Source: Candidatus Micrarchaeota archaeon (GTDB lineage Archaea; Micrarchaeota; Micrarchaeia; Micrarchaeales; CABMGC01). Taken from it: a stretch of DNA of 64,000 bases. Below, piece by piece: positions 46,492 to 55,747 of this stretch (its first letter is position 1; each line of letters starts with the position of its first letter). The stretch covers positions 58,656-122,655 of the forward strand of contig JAJYYF010000012.1 of assembly GCA_021801225.1 (NCBI GenBank), in the 5' to 3' direction. The notes below the pieces were generated by a model that saw only the letters and a list, made by a program, of their open reading frames with translations, was not told the DNA's origin and searched no databases. Both the position numbers and the translations under genes were made by a program.

Positions 46492-47718
46492 ATGTGGTTT
46501 TTTAAGAAAAATTCTCCGACACCACCAGAGGAGGAATATACATTAAGTAATTTAACACCATTACTTATATCTTTATTAGATACATCACTTAATGAGTTTT
46601 ACTCAAGCTGTAGTGGTTTTGTTACTTTATTTAACAACTCAAAAAAAGAGTTTATTGAAGAGTGCAAAGTTCTTGAAAAGTACAATGGAGAACCAAATGT
46701 AGAGGACATGTGGGCTCCTAATATAAACTCAATTAAAACACAAAAAAATTCATATACAAAAACATTAATCCGAATACTTGAAAAAGAGTACGAAAGCACA
46801 TTTGATACACAATATGGGAAATACAAGGCTGAGCTTTCAATAATGGATGATACAATAGGGGAGATGCTTCGTATCAACAGTATGTTCAAGGTTGTTGTCC
46901 TTTCTTACTCTAACGAGTTAAATAAGTTCAAAAAAATATTTGCAAATATGGAAAAATCAAGAGATAAATTGAGATTATCTATTGACACAATACAACCTGA
47001 ATATAAAAAATACGAAGAGATAAGAAATAAAATAGAAAACCTTTATGGTATGATTGAAGAAGATAAATTAATGGATAGTAACATATCCTCAATAAATTCA
47101 GAGTTAAGTGTATTATTGACAAAAGATGAGTTGTCAACAAAGGAAAAATTAAAAAATATCCTTAATGAAAAAAATGAAGAGTTATCATCAGCAAAGGAAA
47201 AAATACACAACATGAAGGTAAAAATTTCTAGTTCTCTTATGCAATTAGAAAGAGCCGCAAGAAAGATGGACTACTCATATAAGGGTAAAAGAAGCCTTGT
47301 ATCATTTATTGAAAATCCTGAAGAAAACTTTAATGATGAATCAGACTATAAGGACTTCGAAAAGTTACTGGATGATATGGTTTCTTTGCTAAATATGGAT
47401 AAAATACAGATAAAAGGAAAAGAGGCAATTTTTCCAAGTATACAAAAATTAAAAACATCTGAATTTAGAGATCAAATTAAACAGCTTTCTGAGTTGAATG
47501 AACAAAAGAAATTTTTATTTGACGAAATAAACAACTTAGAAAATGAAGTTTTATCTAAAGAATCAAAGTCTAAAATCATTCAGGAAAAAGAAAAGGAAAA
47601 ACAACAGATGTTTTTGAGAAAAGAGCAGTTAAAACAACTTACAACCTCAACTAAATCAGAATTAATTGAGTTATTTCTAAAATACTATAATAGAAAAATA
47701 AAAGTTATCGGAGAATAG
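46492..47718 (+). CDS. coiled-coil protein, no signal peptide (408 aa), hypothetical
   Basis: Rich in K/E/L/N with long heptad-like stretches (KLRLSIDTIQPEYKKYEEIRNKIENLYGMIEE...; LSELNEQKKFLFDEINNLENEV...). Same strand, 52 nt after the pilin-like gene. Confidence 0.5.
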   Translation: MWFFKKNSPTPPEEEYTLSNLTPLLISLLDTSLNEFYSSCSGFVTLFNNSKKEFIEECKVLEKYNGEPNVEDMWAPNINSIKTQKNSYTKTLIRILEKEYESTFDTQYGKYKAELSIMDDTIGEMLRINSMFKVVVLSYSNELNKFKKIFANMEKSRDKLRLSIDTIQPEYKKYEEIRNKIENLYGMIEEDKLMDSNISSINSELSVLLTKDELSTKEKLKNILNEKNEELSSAKEKIHNMKVKISSSLMQLERAARKMDYSYKGKRSLVSFIENPEENFNDESDYKDFEKLLDDMVSLLNMDKIQIKGKEAIFPSIQKLKTSEFRDQIKQLSELNEQKKFLFDEINNLENEVLSKESKSKIIQEKEKEKQQMFLRKEQLKQLTTSTKSELIELFLKYYNRKIKVIGE

Positions 47719-47754
47719 TAAAACTTATAAGTATTAATAATGTAGTAAAGTATT

Positions 47755-49506
47755 ATGAATAAACTAAGAGATATGGAGTACTTTGAGAAGTGGCTTATTC
47801 TCGGGATATTAATAGGTATAGCTGCAGGTATAGGCGCTACTATTTTCTACTTTGCAATAAAGTTTTCAGAGTCATTTTTCTTAGGAAATATCTTAGGAAT
47901 GTCTATTCCATTACCTGCTGGCGAAGCTGTAGTTCAAACAAATTATACATTTTCAGTAGCTAATTACCTCTTAATACCAATAGTACTAATTATTGGAGGT
48001 GCAATCTCAGGTTTTTTAGTTTATAAATTTGCCCCAGAAGCAGAAGGTCACGGAACCGATGCTGCAATCAATGCATTTCATAATAAAGATGGAAAGATTA
48101 GACCAAGAGTTCCTTTAATAAAAACAATAGCTTCTGCTATAACAATAGGTTCAGGTGGCAGTGCAGGAAGAGAGGGTCCTACTGCACAGATAGCTGCAGG
48201 TATCGGTTCATATTTAGTAGATTTTTTCAGATTAAGCGATGAGGATAGAAGAACAGCCGTAGTTGTTGGTATAGGTTCTGGAATAGGAACAATCTTCAAG
48301 GCACCGATAGGTGGTGCTATTTTTGCAATTGAGGTTCCATATAAAAGAGACTTTGAAACTAGGGCAATATTTCCGGCGATAGTAGCAAGTGCAGTCGGTT
48401 ACTCAATCTTTGGTTCTATAGTTGGCTTTACACCAATTTTTGGTTATCTTACCACTACATTTGATCCGTTGAGATTGCCATTTTACGCAATATTGGGCCT
48501 AATTGCTGGTTTACTAGCTATATTCTATATCTGGTTCTTCTATAAAGTCCATGATGGTTTCAAAAAATTAAAGATAAGCAACTACTACAAGCCAATCCTA
48601 GGTGCAGCTGTAGCTGGGGTCATTGCCTTACTATTTCCAGAGATTATGTCAGTAGGTTACGGCTGGGTACAGCTTCTAATAAATAATAACGCACTAGCTA
48701 TACCTACATTCGGTTTGCCCATACTCCTTATTCTAGTAATGTTACCAATAGCTAAGATAATAGCTACATCATTCACTATAGGTTCAGGAGGGAGCGGAGG
48801 CGTCTATGCTCCAGGAATCTTTGTAGGCGCCTCACTAGGTTTTGTTTATGCAATACTTCTACACTCATTACTTCCAGTACTGTTCCCTAGCGTAGCTCCT
48901 TTAGTAATAGTCGGAATGCTTGCCTTTTTCGGTGCTGCTGGAAAGGTCCCAATCTCAGTTCTTCTTATGGTCATAGAGATGACTGGAAGCTTACAGCTAC
49001 TTCCTGCGGCTATGATTGCAGTTGCATTTTCATATCTCGCTTCTGGAAGCAAAACTATCTATAAATCTCAGGTTATGTCTAGGGAGTTCTCTCCAGCTCA
49101 CTTAAGTGAATATAAAAAACCAATAATGCTATCGATGGATGTCAGTAGTATTCCATTAAGAGATGTCTCTATTAATAGGAAAACATCTCAAAAGAAGGTA
49201 CTGGCATTAATGCGTTCTTTAAATGTTAGTTCATTGCCAATAGTTGAAAAAGGTATTTATTTAGGAAGTATAACGGCCTCAGAGCTAGCTAAAAATGGAA
49301 TGCCCAACTCTAATTTATGGGTTGATGGAAGTAGGAAATCGTTAGACCCTAGCGATAGTATAGCAAAAGCCTTGAACTTCATGGCAAAAACTAACTCATT
49401 AACATTACCTGTAGAAAAAGATGGTAGATATTTAGGGAATATTTTCTTAAATGATATAATGAAGGCTTATGATTTACGAGCAAAGGTATTTACAAAAGAC
49501 ATTTAG
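47755..49506 (+). CDS. ClC-family chloride channel/transporter with C-terminal CBS pair
   Basis: 583 aa with GSGGSAGREGP, GIGTIFKAPIGGAIFAIEV and GSGGSGGVYAPGIFVG. The C-terminal ~130 aa are CBS-like. Confidence 0.85.
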   Translation: MNKLRDMEYFEKWLILGILIGIAAGIGATIFYFAIKFSESFFLGNILGMSIPLPAGEAVVQTNYTFSVANYLLIPIVLIIGGAISGFLVYKFAPEAEGHGTDAAINAFHNKDGKIRPRVPLIKTIASAITIGSGGSAGREGPTAQIAAGIGSYLVDFFRLSDEDRRTAVVVGIGSGIGTIFKAPIGGAIFAIEVPYKRDFETRAIFPAIVASAVGYSIFGSIVGFTPIFGYLTTTFDPLRLPFYAILGLIAGLLAIFYIWFFYKVHDGFKKLKISNYYKPILGAAVAGVIALLFPEIMSVGYGWVQLLINNNALAIPTFGLPILLILVMLPIAKIIATSFTIGSGGSGGVYAPGIFVGASLGFVYAILLHSLLPVLFPSVAPLVIVGMLAFFGAAGKVPISVLLMVIEMTGSLQLLPAAMIAVAFSYLASGSKTIYKSQVMSREFSPAHLSEYKKPIMLSMDVSSIPLRDVSINRKTSQKKVLALMRSLNVSSLPIVEKGIYLGSITASELAKNGMPNSNLWVDGSRKSLDPSDSIAKALNFMAKTNSLTLPVEKDGRYLGNIFLNDIMKAYDLRAKVFTKDI

Positions 49507-49538
49507 TAATTAATGTCTTAATTTAAATGTGTGATGTA

Positions 49539-49859
49539 ATGGACTTTAAAGAATACCAAAAAAATACAAAGAAAACTGCAATTTACCCAAATAATATGGA
49601 GGGTGGTTTTTATTATCCTGCATTAGGTTTAGCCGGAGAGGTAGGAGAGCTTCTAAATAAAATCAAGAAAATAGCTAGGGATAAAAAAACTCCGGATTTA
49701 GAGGATATAAAGGGCGAGATTGGAGATGTACTATGGTATTTATCACAATTATCAAATGAGTTTGGAATAGATTTAGAGCAGGTTGCAACTGAAAATATTA
49801 AAAAATTAGAAAGTAGACAGAAACGTGGAGTATTATCTGGAAATGGCGATAATAGATGA
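49539..49859 (+). CDS. MazG-like nucleotide pyrophosphohydrolase (small, single domain)
   Basis: LGLAGEVGELLNKIKKIARD...EIGDVLWYLSQLSNEFGIDLEQV...NIKKLESRQKRG carries the EExxE/D-type MazG motifs. An alternative start is at 49527. Confidence 0.75.
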   Translation: MDFKEYQKNTKKTAIYPNNMEGGFYYPALGLAGEVGELLNKIKKIARDKKTPDLEDIKGEIGDVLWYLSQLSNEFGIDLEQVATENIKKLESRQKRGVLSGNGDNR

Positions 49860-50461
49860 AAAAAGTAAATCCCTATTATCATAAAATAGACGAAAGAATA
49901 GAGTCATTGACTGACCTTATCTTTGGTCTTGCTTTATCAATAGGCGCTGTACTTCTTGCTTCTAACACAGTTACTAACAGTTCACAACTATTAAGTAATC
50001 TTTTAAGTTATGGCTTCGGTTTTTTTATTTTAGTATTTGTATGGTTTAGATATACCGCAATAATCTCAAGAATTAAATTCAGTACAAGAGCAATTGTTTT
50101 TCTAAACTTACTACTTTTATTTTTTGTATCATTAGAACCTTACTTATTCAATATAATGAAGTCCACAATCTCAAATTTATTGTTAAATACAATATCTTCA
50201 TTATTTGCATTTGATATGGGAGCTATAATGCTTATACTCGCCATACTCACATTCATTGTAATCAAGCAAAAAGCAATTTCAAAATTGAATCATTATATTC
50301 AATTGGTAATTGCAAATGTAGTTGTTGCAGCAGTATTTTTTGTTTCAACGCTTCCGTTATTTTGGAATATTATTATATTTGGACTAGAGGCAAGATTCTT
50401 TGTATGGATATTTAGTTTTCCATTAACTTATTTAATATTTAGAATATCGAGTTCACGTTGA
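49856..50461 (+). CDS. TMEM175/DUF1211-family membrane protein (putative K+ channel)
   Basis: 201 aa with about 6 TM helices. The N-terminal RIESLTDLIFGLALSIGA resembles the R-x-x-x-F-S-D motif of DUF1211. Its start overlaps the MazG stop (ATGA). Confidence 0.55.
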   Translation: MKKVNPYYHKIDERIESLTDLIFGLALSIGAVLLASNTVTNSSQLLSNLLSYGFGFFILVFVWFRYTAIISRIKFSTRAIVFLNLLLLFFVSLEPYLFNIMKSTISNLLLNTISSLFAFDMGAIMLILAILTFIVIKQKAISKLNHYIQLVIANVVVAAVFFVSTLPLFWNIIIFGLEARFFVWIFSFPLTYLIFRISSSR

Positions 50462-50465
50462 TAAA

Positions 50466-51077
50466 ATGAATACCTCAAATATCCGTATTAAAAATATAGA
50501 AAAAGAAGAACTTCTTAAAAATCTGAAGTTAGCTAAGGCCAGATTTCTAGGAAGCACATTAGAAAAACAATTAAGATTTAAAATAGATCAATCTGAGAAG
50601 TTCCAAAACAAAAATTCAAGCAATTTTAAGGGAAGTTCATGGTTAAGTATAAACTATAAAAATGGGGTTTCTACTATTGAAATAGAGGAAAGCGATTTTG
50701 AAGGAAAACAAAAGGACCATAATCTATTAAATGTAGATGATTTTCTACAAGCAACAAAGATGATTCTTACTATGATGCCTAAAAATGATTATGATTACTT
50801 AGAGATTTATAAAGAAATATACTGGTTTGAAGGAGCAACAATAGTAATTGAGGACATTCCAGCTTTAAAAACAACTGTGATCCTCTCAGGAAGTTCTAAA
50901 AAGAGTCTTCTTGAAGTAAAAAAGAAACTTAAGATAAACGGAACAATTGAACCTAATTTTAATCTTAATACAGTAGAGCGCTATTATACTGTAAGAGGAG
51001 TAGAGTATGATATAATAAAAACTGTATTAAAAAAGAAATTCCAAAATACACTTAAAAAACATATACCTAAAAAGTAA
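50466..51077 (+). CDS. hypothetical protein (weak CYTH/CyaB-like resemblance, catalytic ExExK not conserved)
   Basis: 203 aa. The C-terminal YKEIYWFEGATIVIEDIPALKTTVILSG resembles the CYTH K.R..y...g..v.lD.v.glG pattern, but the N-terminus reads NIRIK instead of ExExK. Confidence 0.3.
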   Translation: MNTSNIRIKNIEKEELLKNLKLAKARFLGSTLEKQLRFKIDQSEKFQNKNSSNFKGSSWLSINYKNGVSTIEIEESDFEGKQKDHNLLNVDDFLQATKMILTMMPKNDYDYLEIYKEIYWFEGATIVIEDIPALKTTVILSGSSKKSLLEVKKKLKINGTIEPNFNLNTVERYYTVRGVEYDIIKTVLKKKFQNTLKKHIPKK

Positions 51078-51145
51078 TTTTTATATTTTTTTTAAAAAAA
51101 TAAATTAAAACGTAAGTATTAAATATATGTTATCCTATATATTAT

Positions 51146-51712
51146 ATGATTTCTATGGACAAAAAAATAAAAATACTAGGAATAGTGGGCAGTTTAAGGA
51201 AGGATTCATTTAACAAGGCCTTGATGAATTATGCAATGTCTATTCATCTAAAAGATGCAGAGATTGAGCTTGCTGATATCTCTGAGATACCTATATTCAA
51301 TCAGGATTTAGAATCATCTGTTCCTGAATCTGTAAAAACATTTAAATCAAAGATAAAGAACTCAAACGCTATTTTAATATCCACACCAGAATACAACTAC
51401 TCAATACCTGGTGGACTTAAAAACGCAATAGACTGGGCATCTAGACCTTATGGTGATAACTCATTTGATGGTAAAATAGTTGGAATGATGTCTGGTTCAG
51501 GCGGGTATATGGGAGGAGCAAGAGCACAGTATCATCTAAGACAAGTATTTGTTTTTTTAAATATGCATCCGATAAACAAACCAGAGGTAATGGTACCTAT
51601 GGTTCATCAAAAGATAAATGAAAATGGAATTTTAACAGATGAAACAACAAAAAAGAAAATAGAAGAGCTTTTACAAGCCTTAATCAATCATGCAAAAAAA
51701 CTAACTGATTAA
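51146..51712 (+). CDS. NADPH-dependent FMN reductase family protein
   Basis: Has ILGIVGSLRKDSFN (flavodoxin-like P-loop) and ISTPEYNYSIPGGLKNAIDWASR. An alternative start is at 51155. Confidence 0.8.
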   Translation: MISMDKKIKILGIVGSLRKDSFNKALMNYAMSIHLKDAEIELADISEIPIFNQDLESSVPESVKTFKSKIKNSNAILISTPEYNYSIPGGLKNAIDWASRPYGDNSFDGKIVGMMSGSGGYMGGARAQYHLRQVFVFLNMHPINKPEVMVPMVHQKINENGILTDETTKKKIEELLQALINHAKKLTD

Positions 51713-51720
51713 AGAATAGA

Positions 51721-52947
51721 TTATTTTTTAATTTTTTGTTCTATTCTTATCAGTTCATTGTGCTTTGCAGTTCTTTCTCCACCTACTGTGCCTGTTTTTA
51801 TGTATCCAATTCCCAAACCTACTGCTAAATGTGCAATGCTCGTATCTTCTGTCTCTCCACTTCTATGGGATATTACGCATTCATAATTATTTTGTTTTGC
51901 CAACATGACTGTATCTATCATATCTGACAATGTACCTATCTGATTTGGTTTTATTAATATTGCATTTCCTGATTTAAGAGAAATTCCTTTTTTAAGTCTT
52001 TCTTTATTTGTTACAAAAAGATCATCTCCCATTATCAATGTATTTTTACCTATCTTTTCAGTGAGCTTTGCAAATCCCTCAAAATCTTCTTCATCAAGAG
52101 GATCCTCAAGAATCTTTATATTAAATTGATTAGCTAACTGAGCTACAAAATCAATTTGTTCATCTGTACTCAACAACTTATCTTTATATTGGTACTTTGC
52201 ATTATCATGGAACTCTGAAGCAGCTAAATCTACAGCTATTCCAATATCAACGCCTGTGCTTTCAGAAACATTTTTTATTGCATCAGAAAGCATCTGAAGT
52301 GCTTCCATATCTTTTAATGGAGCAACCCATGCCTTTTCATCTCCTAATCCTAATGACAATTCAGGAAACTTAGCCTTCAAAAGTTCTCCAACTTTTTTAT
52401 GTACTTTGACATTTGCAAAAGCTGAACTTTCATAATCCTTTCCTGAAGATACAGCTAAAAATTCCTGCATAACTGTGCCATTTATTGCGTGTTTGCCTCC
52501 ACCTATAATATTTCCTAAAGGCTTAGGTAATTTAAAGTTCTGATTGTTTTTGCCTATGTACTCAAAAAGCCAAAGATTTTGTGACTTTGCAGAAGCCTTA
52601 GCATATGCTAAAGAAGCCGCTATTGCAATGTTACCTCCTATATTGCTAAAGTTATTTGACATATCTATTTCGTGAAGTTTTTTATCAAAACTTTCTTGAT
52701 CTGCTAACTCCATTCCAACAAGTTTACTTGAAACTTCTATATTAAACTTTGAAATTCCTTCGTCTATTTTGTTATTTGGGTAATCCTGTACCTCAAATTT
52801 TCCTTTGCTTGCACCACTAGGCGCAGCTGCCAGTCCTAATAATGTTCCACCATCATAAACCTCTACTTCTACTGTTGGATTTCCCCTAGAATCTATTATT
52901 TTTCTTGCAACTATCTTAGACATTTTTGGCATAAAATAACCTATCAA
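51721..52947 (-). CDS. eno: enolase (phosphopyruvate hydratase)
   Basis: Has ARKIIDSRGNPTVEVEV, IKPNQIGTLS and SHRSGETEDTSIAHLAV. The true start is probably MSKIV at 52923. Confidence 0.9.
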   Translation of the reverse strand: MIGYFMPKMSKIVARKIIDSRGNPTVEVEVYDGGTLLGLAAAPSGASKGKFEVQDYPNNKIDEGISKFNIEVSSKLVGMELADQESFDKKLHEIDMSNNFSNIGGNIAIAASLAYAKASAKSQNLWLFEYIGKNNQNFKLPKPLGNIIGGGKHAINGTVMQEFLAVSSGKDYESSAFANVKVHKKVGELLKAKFPELSLGLGDEKAWVAPLKDMEALQMLSDAIKNVSESTGVDIGIAVDLAASEFHDNAKYQYKDKLLSTDEQIDFVAQLANQFNIKILEDPLDEEDFEGFAKLTEKIGKNTLIMGDDLFVTNKERLKKGISLKSGNAILIKPNQIGTLSDMIDTVMLAKQNNYECVISHRSGETEDTSIAHLAVGLGIGYIKTGTVGGERTAKHNELIRIEQKIKK

Positions 52948-53004
52948 TTTTCATATCTAATTTATATGAAAATAACTTAAATACTTTTGATTTTTTATGT
53001 TTAT

Positions 53005-53934
53005 CTAAAATGCGTCAAGTATGTCCTTTAAACCATTATTTACGTCTTGATCAAGTGTAATTAAAAAGTCTTCTTTCAGAAGTTTTTCAGTTCTATTATC
53101 TCTAATTAACTTTTTAAGAAAAGAATCAAGTACACTATAATACATATGAATCTTCTGAGTAACTCTTCCTGATTCATGTTTTAAAGTTCTAAGTTGTTTT
53201 ATAACTATCCTTCTGTTATCTTTAAATTTTTCTTTCTCTATCTTTAAATCAACAATACTTCCGTCATTTAAGAATACATCTGGGGTAATTTCAGAATTGT
53301 CTTTTAGTTTTTTAGAAGGCAGGGGTACATATATTTCTGCAAAGTTTGGAACTTCTCCATTACATGAGTTTACTAACTCCTCTCTTTGTAAATCTCCACA
53401 AAATACCATAAAATAATTTCTTCCGGAGATACAGTTGCTCCATTTTACAAGTTTCCTCTTTACATTACTTTTCCTTCTATCTGGATCTTTGACAGTAATC
53501 CTTTCTAACTCTAAAGCATGATATTCTACTACAGTTAACTTATTGTCTGTCATTAAATTAGTTACAAAATCTGGGAATATCACATCCCAATTTTTATTTT
53601 CATCTTGTTTAAATAATTTAAAATTTTCCCAACTAAAAGAAATTCCATTATTTACTAAAACCAATGCTGTTGTAATTTCAGGAGTCGAAACTATTCTTGA
53701 ACGTTCCTTTTTATATGTATTAATTCTAACCAAATCTTCAAAATTTTCTACATATGTATCTTTAATATGTCTTACTACTGCATCTACTGTTCTTCCCCTT
53801 CCGTTTGATCTTACTATAACTGCAAGTTCAGCAGGGGTAACATTTAGATAAGATTGTACTAATTTAGGATCGTTTTTTCTTGCCAATAATCCACTATAAG
53901 GTCTTAATTTAAGGGTTTGGGTAACTCTGTCCAT
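53005..53934 (-). CDS. hypothetical protein (309 aa), divergently paired with a HerA/FtsK-like ATPase
   Basis: Clean ORF with no family recognised. There is a weak PD...E-x-(K/H)-like stretch (FPDFV...VVEYHALE). Confidence 0.5.
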   Translation of the reverse strand: MDRVTQTLKLRPYSGLLARKNDPKLVQSYLNVTPAELAVIVRSNGRGRTVDAVVRHIKDTYVENFEDLVRINTYKKERSRIVSTPEITTALVLVNNGISFSWENFKLFKQDENKNWDVIFPDFVTNLMTDNKLTVVEYHALELERITVKDPDRRKSNVKRKLVKWSNCISGRNYFMVFCGDLQREELVNSCNGEVPNFAEIYVPLPSKKLKDNSEITPDVFLNDGSIVDLKIEKEKFKDNRRIVIKQLRTLKHESGRVTQKIHMYYSVLDSFLKKLIRDNRTEKLLKEDFLITLDQDVNNGLKDILDAF

Positions 53935-54052
53935 TCTATTCAGTTATACTTTGATTTTTTTGATATTTATACTTATATTGTTGTTAAAGATTATATTTAT
54001 TGTCAAATACTCAAAAACCTTAATTTAAATACTTATTTACTGAATAAAAATT

Positions 54053-55651
54053 ATGGAATTAAGTATTTCAGAAAATGTCAATGTTCAATTACAATCAATT
54101 ATGACTGGAAGGGGCTGTATAATAGGTCAAAGTGGCTCTGGAAAGTCATTTTTAATGGGCATTGTAGCTGAAGGTATAGGAAGTAAAAGGCTTCCGTTCT
54201 GTATAATCGATACTGAAGGAGAATATGCATCATTAAAATCATCAATTCCTTATGTTTTAGTTGTTGGTGGGGAAAGTTCAGATATATCATTAGATGTTGA
54301 TCTGCAGGATCTATTTACAAAATCTATACTTGACTCAATACCTATAGTATTAGATGTTTCAGAAGTTGTTAAAAAACAAGATTATGTTTATAAAGCATTA
54401 AGCACTCTCTATAAAGTTGAAGAAAAACTTAGAAAACCCTTTCTTGTTCTAATAGAAGAAGCCGATAAGTTCGCTCCACAAGTAGTCCATCAAAATATTA
54501 ACATAATAGAAGAGCTCAGCGTTCGTGGTAGAAAGCGAGGCATAGGTCTACTTATAGCTACACAACGACCTAGTAATATAAGCAAAAATGTATTGTCTCA
54601 ATGTTCATATGGGTTTATTGGAAAACTTACTATTGAAAATGATTTAAACGCAATAAGCCAACTTTTTAGTAGCAGATCTTATCTTGATGAAATAGTTAAT
54701 TTAAAAACTGGGGAGTTCATGCCTTTTGGCATAGAATTCAAGGAAAAATTCAGGGTAAAACCCAGGACCTCTTTTCATATGGGCTCTACGCCTCAAATAA
54801 ATGAGGATCAGCTTAATACAACTGTAGAACTTAACTCTATAATTAATGAATTAAATAATAAAAAAGTAATAAACAAATCAAATTTATCACAACAAGAATC
54901 TAAAGAAACAAAAACTAAATCTGAAAGTTCTAAATTAAAAAATATAACTTCAAAAATATTCTCATCAAATATCTCTGAAGATTCAGCAAGAGTTTTCGCT
55001 GAAAAATCAGCCCATAAAATTTTTGGTTTATTTGGTAAAAAAATAGAAAATGTCAGTGATATATCTATTAAATATCTTCCAGTAACATTATGTGATATTA
55101 GAATACCTACTATGAAAAAAAGAGAGTTTGAAGTTTATCAAATACCTCTTACAAAAGATGGAAATCTTATAAAAATATCTAATAAAATTACAGTTATTAA
55201 AACAAACTTAAATTACAAAAAGTTAACCTCTTCTGAGGAAAAACTTCTTTACTTAATAAAACTAGCAAAATCTATCAAAAAATCAGATTTATTTAAAAAT
55301 CAGGATTTTAAACCAAGCACAATTACTCCATCAATACGTGGATTAATATCAAAAAATCTAATCACTATAAAAAATGATAAGTTATACTCAAAAACATTCT
55401 ATGATTTTAACCTTAAAACAAAACTTTCAATAGAGACTACCAACATCCCTGAAAATAAATTGAGTGATTTATTTCTAAAACAAAATGAAATTGAATTATA
55501 TCTAAAAACATTATTCCCCTGTTCTATTTTGGATAATATTTCAGAGGTTTATCTACCATTTTATGAAATAACATTAAAGCATAAAAATAAAATAAGAGTT
55601 TTTAAGGTAGACTCAATTTTTGGAAAAGAAATTCTTCAAAAATCCTTATAA
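54053..55651 (+). CDS. HerA/FtsK-superfamily (DUF87-type) P-loop ATPase with ~270-aa C-terminal extension containing a winged-helix-like segment
   Basis: Walker A is IIGQSGSGKSFLMG, followed by CIIDTEGEYASL. Walker B is FLVLIEEADKFAP, followed by GRKRGIGLLIATQRPSNISKNVLSQC. The C-terminal LTSSEEKLLYLIKLAKSIKKSDL...ITPSIRGLISKNLITIKNDKLY looks MarR/wHTH-like. Confidence 0.7.
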   Translation: MELSISENVNVQLQSIMTGRGCIIGQSGSGKSFLMGIVAEGIGSKRLPFCIIDTEGEYASLKSSIPYVLVVGGESSDISLDVDLQDLFTKSILDSIPIVLDVSEVVKKQDYVYKALSTLYKVEEKLRKPFLVLIEEADKFAPQVVHQNINIIEELSVRGRKRGIGLLIATQRPSNISKNVLSQCSYGFIGKLTIENDLNAISQLFSSRSYLDEIVNLKTGEFMPFGIEFKEKFRVKPRTSFHMGSTPQINEDQLNTTVELNSIINELNNKKVINKSNLSQQESKETKTKSESSKLKNITSKIFSSNISEDSARVFAEKSAHKIFGLFGKKIENVSDISIKYLPVTLCDIRIPTMKKREFEVYQIPLTKDGNLIKISNKITVIKTNLNYKKLTSSEEKLLYLIKLAKSIKKSDLFKNQDFKPSTITPSIRGLISKNLITIKNDKLYSKTFYDFNLKTKLSIETTNIPENKLSDLFLKQNEIELYLKTLFPCSILDNISEVYLPFYEITLKHKNKIRVFKVDSIFGKEILQKSL

Positions 55652-55747
55652 TTTTTGTTCTTTACCTCTTTCTTTTTTTCTTTCTCCACAAGTACAGCCA
55701 CATATGCAATTTTCTTTACATACACAACCTCCAAAACATCCACACAT
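55646..55747 (-). CDS. unannotated Cys-rich mini-protein (33 aa from ATG; frame open for 60 codons), metallothionein-like
   Basis: Own codon-by-codon translation: (SIYTIEIIGEIIANQGAGGGCECGGAC)MCGCFGGCVCKENCICGCTCGERKKERGKEQKL*. GGAGGA lies 6 nt upstream of the ATG at 55747. The stop overlaps the 3' end of the convergent ATPase gene. It is absent from the ORF track because the ATG-to-stop length is under 60 aa. Confidence 0.4.
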   Translation of the reverse strand: MCGCFGGCVCKENCICGCTCGERKKERGKEQKL

